Shown here piece after piece: positions 33,321-41,627 of a stretch of 44,110 nt of DNA. How positions within the stretch are numbered: the first letter of the stretch is position 1; every line of letters begins with the position of its first letter. The position numbers and the translations under genes are program-made. The DNA comes from Chloroflexota bacterium (lineage in GTDB: Bacteria; Chloroflexota; Limnocylindria; Limnocylindrales; CSP1-4). The notes beneath the pieces were generated by a model that worked only from the letters and a program-made list of their open reading frames with translations, was not told the DNA's origin and made no database searches. The stretch covers positions 1 through 44,110 of the forward strand of contig JAYUDR010000008.1 of NCBI GenBank assembly GCA_043739665.1. Direction: 5' to 3'.

Positions 33321-34831
33321 CGCCCGAACCCGCCGCCACCGGTCAGGGAGTTGATGTTCACGCCACCTCCGGCGCCGGAGGTAGTGGTGCCGGTGCGCGC
33401 GGCCGTCGTCCCGGTCACAACCGTGTCGCCGCTCTTGAGGCCGCTCGTGATCTGAGCCACGGAAGTGGTGACAAGACCGACCTGAACGTCCACGCTCGTC
33501 GGAGTGCTGCCGCTGTTCAACACTTGGACGGTGTATCCGGCCGTGGCGGAGCCTTGGAGTGCCGTTGCAGGAACGCGGAGCGCGTTGTCAACCGAGGCCG
33601 TGGTTACCGTCACGGTTGAGCTCATGCCCGACAGCACGGTCAGAGGTGGACTGGTCAGCGTGACCGTCACAGCGTATGTTGCGACGCTGCTGGAGCCGCT
33701 GGATGTCGACGCTACGGGCACGATCTGCGTCAGCGTACCGGGCACAGACACCTTCGCGCCGGTCACCGAAACCGTGGCCGTCTGCCCAATCTTGAGGTTG
33801 GAGATGTCTGACTCGGCGAAGCTGGCGGTGGCCACCATCGGCCCCACAGAAATCTCGACCGCGTATGCGCTTGGTGCGTTCACGCCGGGCAAGACGTTGA
33901 CGGCAATGATCAGGCCGTCGGCGGGGGCTACGAGAGTGGCCGCGGTCACAGCGGACTGATAGCTGTTTACAGCCGTCTGGGCCGAGGCGACCTGGGCCTG
34001 GTCGGCCAGGATCGTGGCGTTCGCAGCAGGCGCCACCTTGGCCTGATATTGAAGCTGCCCGGCCTGGTAGCTGAGGGACGCGCTGGTCACCTGCTGGGCC
34101 GCCTGCTGGTTCGACTGATTGACCTTGAGTTGCGTTGAGGCCAGGCTCTGCTGGGCCTGCGCAATCGCGGCGTTGTCCTTGTCGATCTGGGCCTGGAGGG
34201 CACCGCCCGCCTGATCAGCGGCCAGCTGGTTCTGGGCCGCCGTCACCGCAGCCTGGGCCTGGCTCAACGTCAGGGCATTCTGCTGGTTCGTGTTGGTCTG
34301 ATTGGCCTTGGCCTGACTGTAGCTATTCGAGGACTGGCTGAGCGAGTTCTTGGCCTGGGCCAGAGTTACAGAGTCCGGACCGCCCTGGTCTGTGGTGAGC
34401 TTGGCTTGGGCCGAAGCGAGCGTCGCCTGCGCCGAGGCGAGCTGTAACTGCGCGGCGGTGGCGTCTGCCGTGGCCAGCGTCGTGCCCTTGGTCACACGCT
34501 GGCCGACCGTCACTGCAACCGTCTGGACGGGCCAGGTCAGGGACGTACTCGACGAAGTGCTGCTCGAGTTGCTGCTGGTCGTTCCGCCGCTGCCGGAGGT
34601 CGTGCTGGCGGAGCTGACGATGTCCGGCATCGAGCCGAAGCGGAGGCCGTAGACCGTGCTCGCAGCAATCGTGCCGGTAGCCACCGACTGGGCACTGACT
34701 GTCCCCGTTGTCACCGTTGAGGTGATGTATTTCGAGCCGGACGATCCGCCAAACGTTGGCTGAACCACGGCCAGGGTGACGGCTCCTACCCCAACCAGGA
34801 TCAGCCCGATCGCAATCAACCTGAGCTTCAT
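33317..34831 (-). CDS. Membrane-fusion / periplasmic adaptor protein (HlyD/MacA-like)
   Basis: N-terminal TM anchor, a long Gln/Ala-rich coiled-coil hairpin region, beta-barrel-like segments and a Gly-rich C-terminus. It overlaps the ATPase gene by 4 nt. A Ser/Thr-rich insert (SASTTSGSGGTTSSNSSSTSSSTS) follows the anchor. Confidence 0.8.
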   Translation of the reverse strand: MKLRLIAIGLILVGVGAVTLAVVQPTFGGSSGSKYITSTVTTGTVSAQSVATGTIAASTVYGLRFGSMPDIVSSASTTSGSGGTTSSNSSSTSSSTSLTWPVQTVAVTVGQRVTKGTTLATADATAAQLQLASAQATLASAQAKLTTDQGGPDSVTLAQAKNSLSQSSNSYSQAKANQTNTNQQNALTLSQAQAAVTAAQNQLAADQAGGALQAQIDKDNAAIAQAQQSLASTQLKVNQSNQQAAQQVTSASLSYQAGQLQYQAKVAPAANATILADQAQVASAQTAVNSYQSAVTAATLVAPADGLIIAVNVLPGVNAPSAYAVEISVGPMVATASFAESDISNLKIGQTATVSVTGAKVSVPGTLTQIVPVASTSSGSSSVATYAVTVTLTSPPLTVLSGMSSTVTVTTASVDNALRVPATALQGSATAGYTVQVLNSGSTPTSVDVQVGLVTTSVAQITSGLKSGDTVVTGTTAARTGTTTSGAGGGVNINSLTGGGGFGR

Positions 34832-34974
34832 TCGGCCACGCCTCTCGTCTCGCCGCGTCTCCCCTGCCCCGTGTCAGGGCCAGGGTGGGAACGCCTGCGA
34901 ATGTATGGCCTGCTCGGCTGAACCTTTCCTGAATAGTCTGGGCCCCGCAGCCGCAGCGCCGGGCCAGAAGAACC

Positions 34975-35925
34975 CTACTTCGTGGCCGTCGAGATCATCT
35001 CCTTGGCCTGGTTGATCGGCACGGCAAAGCCAATATCCTGGGCGCCGCCGACGCTGGCCGTGATGACGCCGATAACCGATCCACTGGCATCAAGTAGTGG
35101 CCCACCGCTGTTGCCGGGGTTTATGGCCGCGTCTGTCTGGATCAACCCTGAGAGGTTCTTCTCCGTTTGAGCCGCGCGATCACCGACGGTGACGGTGCGC
35201 TCAGTTCCGGAGACGATGCCCTGGGTCACCGAATCCGTGAAGGTGCCCAGCGGACTGCCGATGGCAATGGCCAGCTGTCCCACCTGGACGGTGCTTGAGT
35301 CGCCCAGGGTTACGGGCGTCAGCCCGGCGACGTTCACCTTGATTAGGGCGAGGTCATGCAGGGCATCGGTGTTGACAACCGCAGCCGCAACCTGGCGAGT
35401 GTCGTCGAGCGTGACCGTTAGCGAGGACGCGCCGGCGATGACGTGGTTGTTGGTGAGAATCAGGCCATCAGCGGCGACCACAAAGCCGGATCCGGCACCG
35501 CTGGCCGGCACTGAGAATGGGGTTACGCTGGTGACGCCGGCCGATGTGATTGTGACGACGGACGGCTTGGCCATCGCCGCTACACGCACGATGGCGTCAG
35601 ATTGGGTCAGGCTAATGAGCTGCGCATCGGCCGGCCGGCCGGCAGCGGCCGGCGGCGGCGCCGGCCTGGCGAGGAAAACGACTACGCACGTGCCGGCCGC
35701 TGCGATGACGGCTGAGAGCAGCGCGGCTACCAGCACGAGGCCGGCGACGCTGAGGCCACCGCGAGGTCGCTGCGGACCCGTGGGAATCTGGCCGTAGGCG
35801 TACTCCGATGGGCCGTCCCAATCGATCTCGCCATCCGGGAGCCGATGCCCGGCCGAATCGGGCTCCGGGGGGTACTCCGGCGCGGCGGAGCGCTGGCCCG
35901 GGTCATTCGGTTCGAGTCGGCTCAT
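34975..35925 (-). CDS. Trypsin-like serine protease (S1C/HtrA-like catalytic domain, no PDZ visible)
   Basis: The triad context is TNNHVI, DLALIKV and GNSGGPLLD. The N-terminus has a Pro-rich cytoplasmic part followed by a TM segment. The ATG at 35925 is preceded by ACGGAG 7 nt upstream. Confidence 0.85.
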   Translation of the reverse strand: MSRLEPNDPGQRSAAPEYPPEPDSAGHRLPDGEIDWDGPSEYAYGQIPTGPQRPRGGLSVAGLVLVAALLSAVIAAAGTCVVVFLARPAPPPAAAGRPADAQLISLTQSDAIVRVAAMAKPSVVTITSAGVTSVTPFSVPASGAGSGFVVAADGLILTNNHVIAGASSLTVTLDDTRQVAAAVVNTDALHDLALIKVNVAGLTPVTLGDSSTVQVGQLAIAIGSPLGTFTDSVTQGIVSGTERTVTVGDRAAQTEKNLSGLIQTDAAINPGNSGGPLLDASGSVIGVITASVGGAQDIGFAVPINQAKEMISTATK

Positions 35926-36053
35926 GACCGCGCTCCGTTTCTGGACGCACAGTGCTCGCTCGGATCGGGGGCAGGGGCGCCAACCGGAGCGGGCCTGAAT
36001 GTACCGCGCCCTAACGATCCTCACCGAAATCAGAAACCGGTGGCCCACGGCGA

Positions 36054-36065
36054 CTAAACGTTTAG
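36054..36065. promoter_or_regulatory. Perfect 12-bp AT-rich palindrome CTAAACGTTTAG (candidate operator)
   Basis: Read directly. It lies in the 229-nt divergent region about 90 nt upstream of the msiK-like ATG. The AAACGTTT core resembles the CG-centred half-sites of LacI-family operators (inference only). Confidence 0.35.
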
Positions 36066-36154
36066 GGAGATCCGCCCGGTCGGTCGGCGGCGCGAGGAAA
36101 AAGCCCTGCTAACATCGCCAGACATCCGCCCACTGCAAGCAGGAGTTCCGCCGA

Positions 36155-37261
36155 ATGGCAACAGTCACGTTTGAGAACGTCAGCAAGCGTTATGGCGACG
36201 TTGTCGCCGTTGACGACCTGAACCTTGACATCCGCGATGCCGAGTTTATGGTCCTCGTCGGCCCATCGGGCTGCGGCAAGACCACCAGCCTGCGAATGAT
36301 CGCCGGCCTCGAGGAGATCACGGACGGCACCCTTCGCATCGGCGAGAGGGTCATCAACGACATTCCGCCGAAAGACCGCGACATCGCGATGGTCTTCCAG
36401 AGCTACGCGCTCTATCCGCACATGAGCATCCGCGACAATCTTGCGTTCGGACTTAAGCTGCGCCACGTCCCCAAGGTCCAAATCGAAGCCCGCGTCAAGG
36501 AAGCGGCCGCCATCCTGGACCTGACCAGATACCTGGACCGGAAGCCGCGCGAACTCTCCGGCGGCCAGCGCCAGCGCGTCGCCCTTGGGCGAGCCATCGT
36601 GCGCGAGCCTGCGGTCTTCCTCATGGACGAGCCCCTCTCGAACCTTGATGCCAAGCTCCGAGTTGAGACCCGCGCCAACATCCTCCGCCTGCATCAGCGC
36701 CTCAACACCACATTCGTATACGTGACCCACGACCAGATCGAGGCCATGACGATGGGTACTCGAATCGCGGTCATGAATGAGGGCCGTCTGCAGCAGGTTG
36801 GCACCCCTCAGGAGCTTTACGACCGGCCGATCAACCGCTTCGTGGCCGGCTTTATCGGCAGCCCGGCAATGAACTTCGCCACGGTAGAGGTCAGCGGCAG
36901 CAGCGACAACATGGAACTCATCGGTCCGAGCATCACCCTTCCGATGCCACCGCAGTTCCGCGAGTCGGTCGGCGCCGTCGGCCGCCAGCTCATCGTGGGC
37001 TTCCGCCCCGAGCACCTCATTCTGGGCCCGGTTGCCGGCGGCTCGGCCACCGTGAATGCCAAGGCTGAGGTCGTCGAGTACCTCGGCAACGAAGAGCTGA
37101 TCCACGCTTCCGGCGCCGGCCGCGACATCGTGGCCGTCGTTGACTCCTCGTACCGAGTCCGCCCCGGCGACATGCTCGAGTTGAGGGTCCCGCTCGATCG
37201 AATCCAGCTCTTTGACCCAGACACGAACTTCTCCCTCCCGTTCGGATCGGTTACTGCCTAG
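36155..37261 (+). CDS. Sugar ABC transporter ATP-binding protein (MalK/UgpC/MsiK type), not next to any permease
   Basis: Walker A GPSGCGKTT, signature LSGGQRQRVALGRAIV, Walker B FLMDEPLSNLD, and a C-terminal regulatory/TOBE-like domain. AGGAG lies 9 nt upstream of the ATG. Confidence 0.92.
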   Translation: MATVTFENVSKRYGDVVAVDDLNLDIRDAEFMVLVGPSGCGKTTSLRMIAGLEEITDGTLRIGERVINDIPPKDRDIAMVFQSYALYPHMSIRDNLAFGLKLRHVPKVQIEARVKEAAAILDLTRYLDRKPRELSGGQRQRVALGRAIVREPAVFLMDEPLSNLDAKLRVETRANILRLHQRLNTTFVYVTHDQIEAMTMGTRIAVMNEGRLQQVGTPQELYDRPINRFVAGFIGSPAMNFATVEVSGSSDNMELIGPSITLPMPPQFRESVGAVGRQLIVGFRPEHLILGPVAGGSATVNAKAEVVEYLGNEELIHASGAGRDIVAVVDSSYRVRPGDMLELRVPLDRIQLFDPDTNFSLPFGSVTA

Positions 37262-37276
37262 TCACCTGGTTCAGCG

Positions 37277-37318
37277 AAAGAGCGCCCCGGCCTCGGCCGG
37301 GGCGCTCTTTCTTTAGGC
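37277..37318 (+). terminator. Intrinsic terminator after the msiK-like gene
   Basis: Perfect 14-bp stem aaagagcgccccgg (37277-37290) / ccggggcgctcttt (37297-37310) with a 6-nt loop. The T-rich CTCTTTCTTT runs from the 3' arm of the stem into the flank. Confidence 0.8.
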
Positions 37319-37371
37319 GCCCAGCGGGCCTGGCGGCCCGGCGCGTGCGGATACTTGGCGGCCGCCGCCCC

Positions 37372-37377
37372 TATAGT
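37372..37377 (+). promoter_or_regulatory. Candidate -10 hexamer TATAGT for a leaderless Nudix transcript
   Basis: TATAGT, then 6 nt, then ATG(37384). No SD is visible. Confidence 0.4.
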
Positions 37378-37383
37378 TCGACC

Positions 37384-38061
37384 ATGCTCGACTCCCCCGC
37401 TCGCCGCCGCCCCAATCGCGCCCTCACGGGCAATCAGCGTCTCGACTCGATCTTGGAGGGACTGCGCGAGGCTGATACGGCCCTCGGGGAGCAGGTCATC
37501 GAACGCCGGCCGCTCCACACGGGCCGCTACCTGGTCTTCGAGGCAGATCGTATTCTGCGCGGTGACGGCTCCGAATCCTCGCGCGACATCGTCGTCCACC
37601 CCGGCGCGGTGGTAGTGGCTCCGCTGGATGCAGACGGGCAGCTCCTTTTCGTGACCCAGTACCGCGTGCCGTGCAGTGGGGCGATGCTCGAGCTGCCGGC
37701 CGGCACGCTGGACACGCACGACGGCGTTATTGAGGACCCGCTCGTGGCCGCCCACCGCGAACTTGAGGAAGAGACAGGCTACCGGGCCTCAACGATGGAA
37801 CGGATCGGCGGCTTCTGGAGCGCCCCTGGATTCTCGACGGAGTACCTGACGCTCTACCTGGCCACAGATCTGCGCCCGGCGGACGTGGGGCGCCTGGAAC
37901 CCGACGCGGACGAGAACCTCCAGCTCTCGAGGTTGCACTGGCGCGACGCCGTCGATGCCGTCGAGGGTGGCGTCATCGAGGATGCCAAATCAATTGCGGG
38001 CATCCTGCTGCTGGCCCGCCGCTTGGAGCGGCGCCTGCAACCGACCGGCCCAGCCACCTAG
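37384..38061 (+). CDS. NUDIX hydrolase (ADP-ribose pyrophosphatase-like)
   Basis: Nudix box core EDPLVAAHRELEEETGY. The ATG at 37384 was chosen. Confidence 0.85.
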   Translation: MLDSPARRRPNRALTGNQRLDSILEGLREADTALGEQVIERRPLHTGRYLVFEADRILRGDGSESSRDIVVHPGAVVVAPLDADGQLLFVTQYRVPCSGAMLELPAGTLDTHDGVIEDPLVAAHRELEEETGYRASTMERIGGFWSAPGFSTEYLTLYLATDLRPADVGRLEPDADENLQLSRLHWRDAVDAVEGGVIEDAKSIAGILLLARRLERRLQPTGPAT

Positions 38062-40109
38062 TTCTGGGGGTCAGGCCGGGATCTCCCGCGGCGCATCCAG
38101 ACGAGCAGCACAATCAGAATGACCAGGCCGGCCAGAACGCATAAGGCCCCAGCGACGCGGATCTGCCCGGACGTCGAGGCGCTCGCCCAGGACGATCGGG
38201 CGACCGTGGCCTGGGACATTGCCCTGCCGAGATCGCCCTTCGCGAATGCGGCGCGAGCTGCGTCCAGGTTTGCCTGCGGATCAGTGCCGATCAGACCCAC
38301 GGACCGGGCCACACCTTCGCCCTCACCCTGAATACTGGCCTGGCGGGCCGAAGCCAACTCCTGCAGGACGGCCAGTTCGCTCGTGGCTTCGGATGAGGCA
38401 GCGATGAGTCCGGCCGTCTCGAACGCTCTTTCGAGCGTGGCCGGTGGCGCTAGTCCCTCGCCGGCCGCCTCGGCCTCGATCTGTTCGCGCTGGTTCAGGA
38501 TGACGCGCGACTGGGCGATCAATGCCGTTGCCCGGTCGAACTCCCAGTTGTCCAGTGAGCGACGTACTTCCGGCGGCAGGTTCCAGGATCCCGCGGCGGT
38601 CTGGGCCTCGGCGTAGGCATCGAGCGTCGTACCGCGCTGTAACAGGAGGCCCGCCTGCGACGAGTCGACCACCCAACCACGCCAGATTGGGACAAACGAA
38701 CGGCCGGTCGTCTGCTCCAGGAGGTCGAGCAGCCGTCGCCAGTCGCTGCCGCCATGGCCAAGGAACTCGTCACGGGGTCCGTTGGTCGGCTGATACGCGG
38801 CTCGGCCCGAGCGCGCAGCGACCCAGACGGCCCGCAGACCATCCTGACCGGCCACCGCAGCGATCTGACGGGCGACGTCCAGGCTGGCACCGTACAGGAA
38901 GCCATCGGTCGCCGAGCTGGGCTGACCGACCAATACCCAGTCATTGATCGGCACCGCAGCCTTGCGGAGACGGTCCGTCAAAACCGGAGCGTGGCCGATC
39001 AACCCAAGCGTGTCGATTGTCTGCTGGGCGTAGTAGGAAGCGAACCCTTCGTTGACCCAGCGATCCGGCGATAGTTCGTTGTTGAACCACATGTGGGCGG
39101 CTTCGTGGACGATTACGAATGGATCTGCGAAGTACGAGATTTGGACTTGTCGGTTGGTCTGATCGAAGGCTCCGCTGAAGCCGCCCAGCTGCTGCGTGGA
39201 CGCCTCCTCGACAGCCAGAGTCGTCCCAATCGGGTCGCCCAAGCCGATAAGGTCACGCAATACGGGGTAGCCGGAGCGCAACACACGCTCAACCTGATCC
39301 GCCCATCCGGGGTCGTCGGCCCAGTAGCGGAGAGTCACCTCAAGCGGGCCGATGGTGATCGATCGGACGCTGAAATCGCTCGCCGGAACGGGCTGCACCG
39401 CCGTAAACCAGGCGTTCAGCGTCGTCGCATCGTCGATCACGCCGGACGCAAAGACGATCTCGCCGGGCCCTGAGACAGCGCGGGTCAGTCCCCCGAACTC
39501 CTCCTGGACCGTAAAGCTCGACGGGAACACCACGGTCACCGAACTGCCCGGCGTACCCGGGCTCCCGAACGCCGAGACGGGGAATGACAGCAGATTGCGT
39601 CCGAACCGGAGATCTCGATCAGTCGAGCCGCCGGAGTCGACCAGGTCGAAGGCGACATCAAGCGAAGCGCTTTCGCCAGAGTACAGACGCTGCCCGAGCG
39701 AGACGGCGAGAACGACCCCGGAAGGCGGCGCGGACAGGACTGCGATAGCTAACGGCTGGCCGGCGGAATTGGCAGTGACACTGGTGGACCCTTGCGGCAG
39801 CGTTAGCTGCAGCCGGTCGTAGTAGTAGTGCCGCCCAGCGCCGTCGGTGGTGTGGGATGTCGCAGTGATGGAGGCTAGAACGTGGACTCGCCCCAACGCA
39901 GGGTCTGCGCTCCAGGTCGAACTGGAGATAAAGGTCAGGTCAGTCTGGGCCGCTGAAACACTCGCTGGAGCGACTATCTGCCAGGCGGAGCCCAAGGCAA
40001 GAAACAAGATAGCCCCTGCCAGGGCCCTTATGGAACGCCAGCTAGAACATCGGACCATTCGAGTCCGATCCGTGAATTGCCGTCGTCCCGGCTGAACCGG
40101 CGTGGCCAT
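38058..40109 (-). CDS. Secreted, C-terminally membrane-anchored zinc metallopeptidase of the MA clan (M1-like / Peptidase_MA_2-like)
   Basis: VIVHEAAHMWFNNELSPDRWVNEGFASYY has HExxH plus the WxNEGFA glutamate motif. There is an N-terminal signal (ILFLALGSAWQIVAPASVSA) and a C-terminal TM (VAGALCVLAGLVILIVLLVW) followed by RRGR. The start lies 5 nt after the glgC stop. Confidence 0.7.
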   Translation of the reverse strand: MATPVQPGRRQFTDRTRMVRCSSWRSIRALAGAILFLALGSAWQIVAPASVSAAQTDLTFISSSTWSADPALGRVHVLASITATSHTTDGAGRHYYYDRLQLTLPQGSTSVTANSAGQPLAIAVLSAPPSGVVLAVSLGQRLYSGESASLDVAFDLVDSGGSTDRDLRFGRNLLSFPVSAFGSPGTPGSSVTVVFPSSFTVQEEFGGLTRAVSGPGEIVFASGVIDDATTLNAWFTAVQPVPASDFSVRSITIGPLEVTLRYWADDPGWADQVERVLRSGYPVLRDLIGLGDPIGTTLAVEEASTQQLGGFSGAFDQTNRQVQISYFADPFVIVHEAAHMWFNNELSPDRWVNEGFASYYAQQTIDTLGLIGHAPVLTDRLRKAAVPINDWVLVGQPSSATDGFLYGASLDVARQIAAVAGQDGLRAVWVAARSGRAAYQPTNGPRDEFLGHGGSDWRRLLDLLEQTTGRSFVPIWRGWVVDSSQAGLLLQRGTTLDAYAEAQTAAGSWNLPPEVRRSLDNWEFDRATALIAQSRVILNQREQIEAEAAGEGLAPPATLERAFETAGLIAASSEATSELAVLQELASARQASIQGEGEGVARSVGLIGTDPQANLDAARAAFAKGDLGRAMSQATVARSSWASASTSGQIRVAGALCVLAGLVILIVLLVWMRRGRSRPDPQN

Positions 40110-40114
40110 GCGCC

Positions 40115-41527
40115 TCAGTCGCCCAACTCCCCGAGTGCGCGCCGCCCGCCCGAACTGGACCGGCCGCCTGCATCGTGGCCCGGCTCCGTCGTCCCGACAG
40201 GGAGACCGGTGGGCTCACGCCCGTCGGTCGAGTCCTCGACTTTGGGACGCAGCGCCGCCCGGGTCGGCCGTTCTTTGGGCCTCTCCACGGTGGAACCGCT
40301 TTTGACGATGCGCGACTGGAAATCCGCGGCCCGCGCGCCCTCGCCGATGAGGACATTGCGGCCGATGCGAACGCCCCGTGGAATGACGGCCCGCTTGCCG
40401 ACGACCGTGATACCGGTGTTGAGACGCCCCGGCTCGCGACGATTGACGACATCGAAATCGGAGCCCTCGCCGACGATAGCTCCCGGGCCAACCGCCACTT
40501 CCTTGTCCAGGATGGCTCGGTCGACGACCGCGCCCGTCCGAATAACTGAATCGAACAGGATGATGGAGTCGCGCACGCTGGCCCCGACGTCCACGACTAC
40601 ACCCGGCGAGAGAATAGAGTTCACGACGGAGCCGTTGATTACACAGCCGTGACTGATGAGACTGCGATGGACCTGGGCCGTCGCGCCAATCTTGGCCGGG
40701 GCCCGCTCCTCGGACCGGGTATGGATGATCCACTCTCGATCGTAAAGGTCAAGCTCCGGCGCATCGGACAGCAGGGCCAAATTGGCTTCCCAGTAGGACT
40801 GAATGGTTCCCACATCCTGCCAATAGCCATCGAAGCGGTAGCCGTAAACGCGTGCCCCGCCCTCGATCATCGCCGGAATGACGTCATGGCCGAAGTCGGT
40901 CCGCGGCTCGATCAGCCACTGGCGCAGAGCCTTCTTGGAGAAGACGTAGACGCCCATGCTGGCCAGGTCGCTCTTGGGCTGCCGGGGCTTCTCGTGCCAC
41001 TCCACGATTCGGTCGTTGTCGTCGAGGGCCAGAATCCCCATCCGTGTGGCGTCTAGCAACGGCACGCGGCGAACGGCGATTGTCACGTCGGCGCGGTGGC
41101 GGCGGTGCGCGGCCACGAACGGCTGATAGTCCATCTTGTAGATATGGTCGCCGGCCAGAACCAGGACGGTGTCACCGGGGGCCTGCTCGATGACATTGAT
41201 GTTCTGCAGGACCGCGTCGGCTGTGCCTCGGTACCACTCCGCCACGCGGCCGCGGGCGATGTACGGCTGGAGCATTCGGACGCCGCCGTTGTTGCGGTCC
41301 AGATCCCACGGCCGACCCATGCCGATGTGGTCGTTGAGCGAGCGCGGGTTGTACTGGGTCAGGACGACGACGTTGTCTATGTCCGAATTGACGCAGTTGG
41401 ACAAGGTGAAATCGATGATGCGGTACTTGCCACCGAACGGCACAGCCGGCTTGGCCCGCAGCGAAGACAGGATAGAAAGCCGCTCGCCTTCGCCGCCTGC
41501 AAGAATGACCGCCAGAGTTCGCTTCAT
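40115..41527 (-). CDS. glgC: Glucose-1-phosphate adenylyltransferase
   Basis: LAVILAGGEGERLSILSSLRAKPAVPFGGKYRIIDFTLSNCVNS is the canonical GlgC N-terminus, and a left-handed beta-helix C-domain follows. GAGAGGA lies 6 nt upstream of the ATG. The C-terminal tail is unusually long and low complexity. Confidence 0.92.
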   Translation of the reverse strand: MKRTLAVILAGGEGERLSILSSLRAKPAVPFGGKYRIIDFTLSNCVNSDIDNVVVLTQYNPRSLNDHIGMGRPWDLDRNNGGVRMLQPYIARGRVAEWYRGTADAVLQNINVIEQAPGDTVLVLAGDHIYKMDYQPFVAAHRRHRADVTIAVRRVPLLDATRMGILALDDNDRIVEWHEKPRQPKSDLASMGVYVFSKKALRQWLIEPRTDFGHDVIPAMIEGGARVYGYRFDGYWQDVGTIQSYWEANLALLSDAPELDLYDREWIIHTRSEERAPAKIGATAQVHRSLISHGCVINGSVVNSILSPGVVVDVGASVRDSIILFDSVIRTGAVVDRAILDKEVAVGPGAIVGEGSDFDVVNRREPGRLNTGITVVGKRAVIPRGVRIGRNVLIGEGARAADFQSRIVKSGSTVERPKERPTRAALRPKVEDSTDGREPTGLPVGTTEPGHDAGGRSSSGGRRALGELGD

Positions 41528-41627
41528 CGGGCGTCCTCTCGTGCCTGACCCGACATTTGCCGAGCTAGTGCGATGCTAGCACCCCACAGCCACGTCATCG
41601 CACCGACGGCGGGTGGGCGCAAACGCT

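Noticed and set aside
36062-37105. 347-aa minus-strand ORF
   Set aside because: It is exactly antisense to the well-supported msiK-like ABC ATPase gene. Its translation is Ala/Arg/Gly/Asp-rich and has no motifs. This is a typical high-GC shadow ORF.
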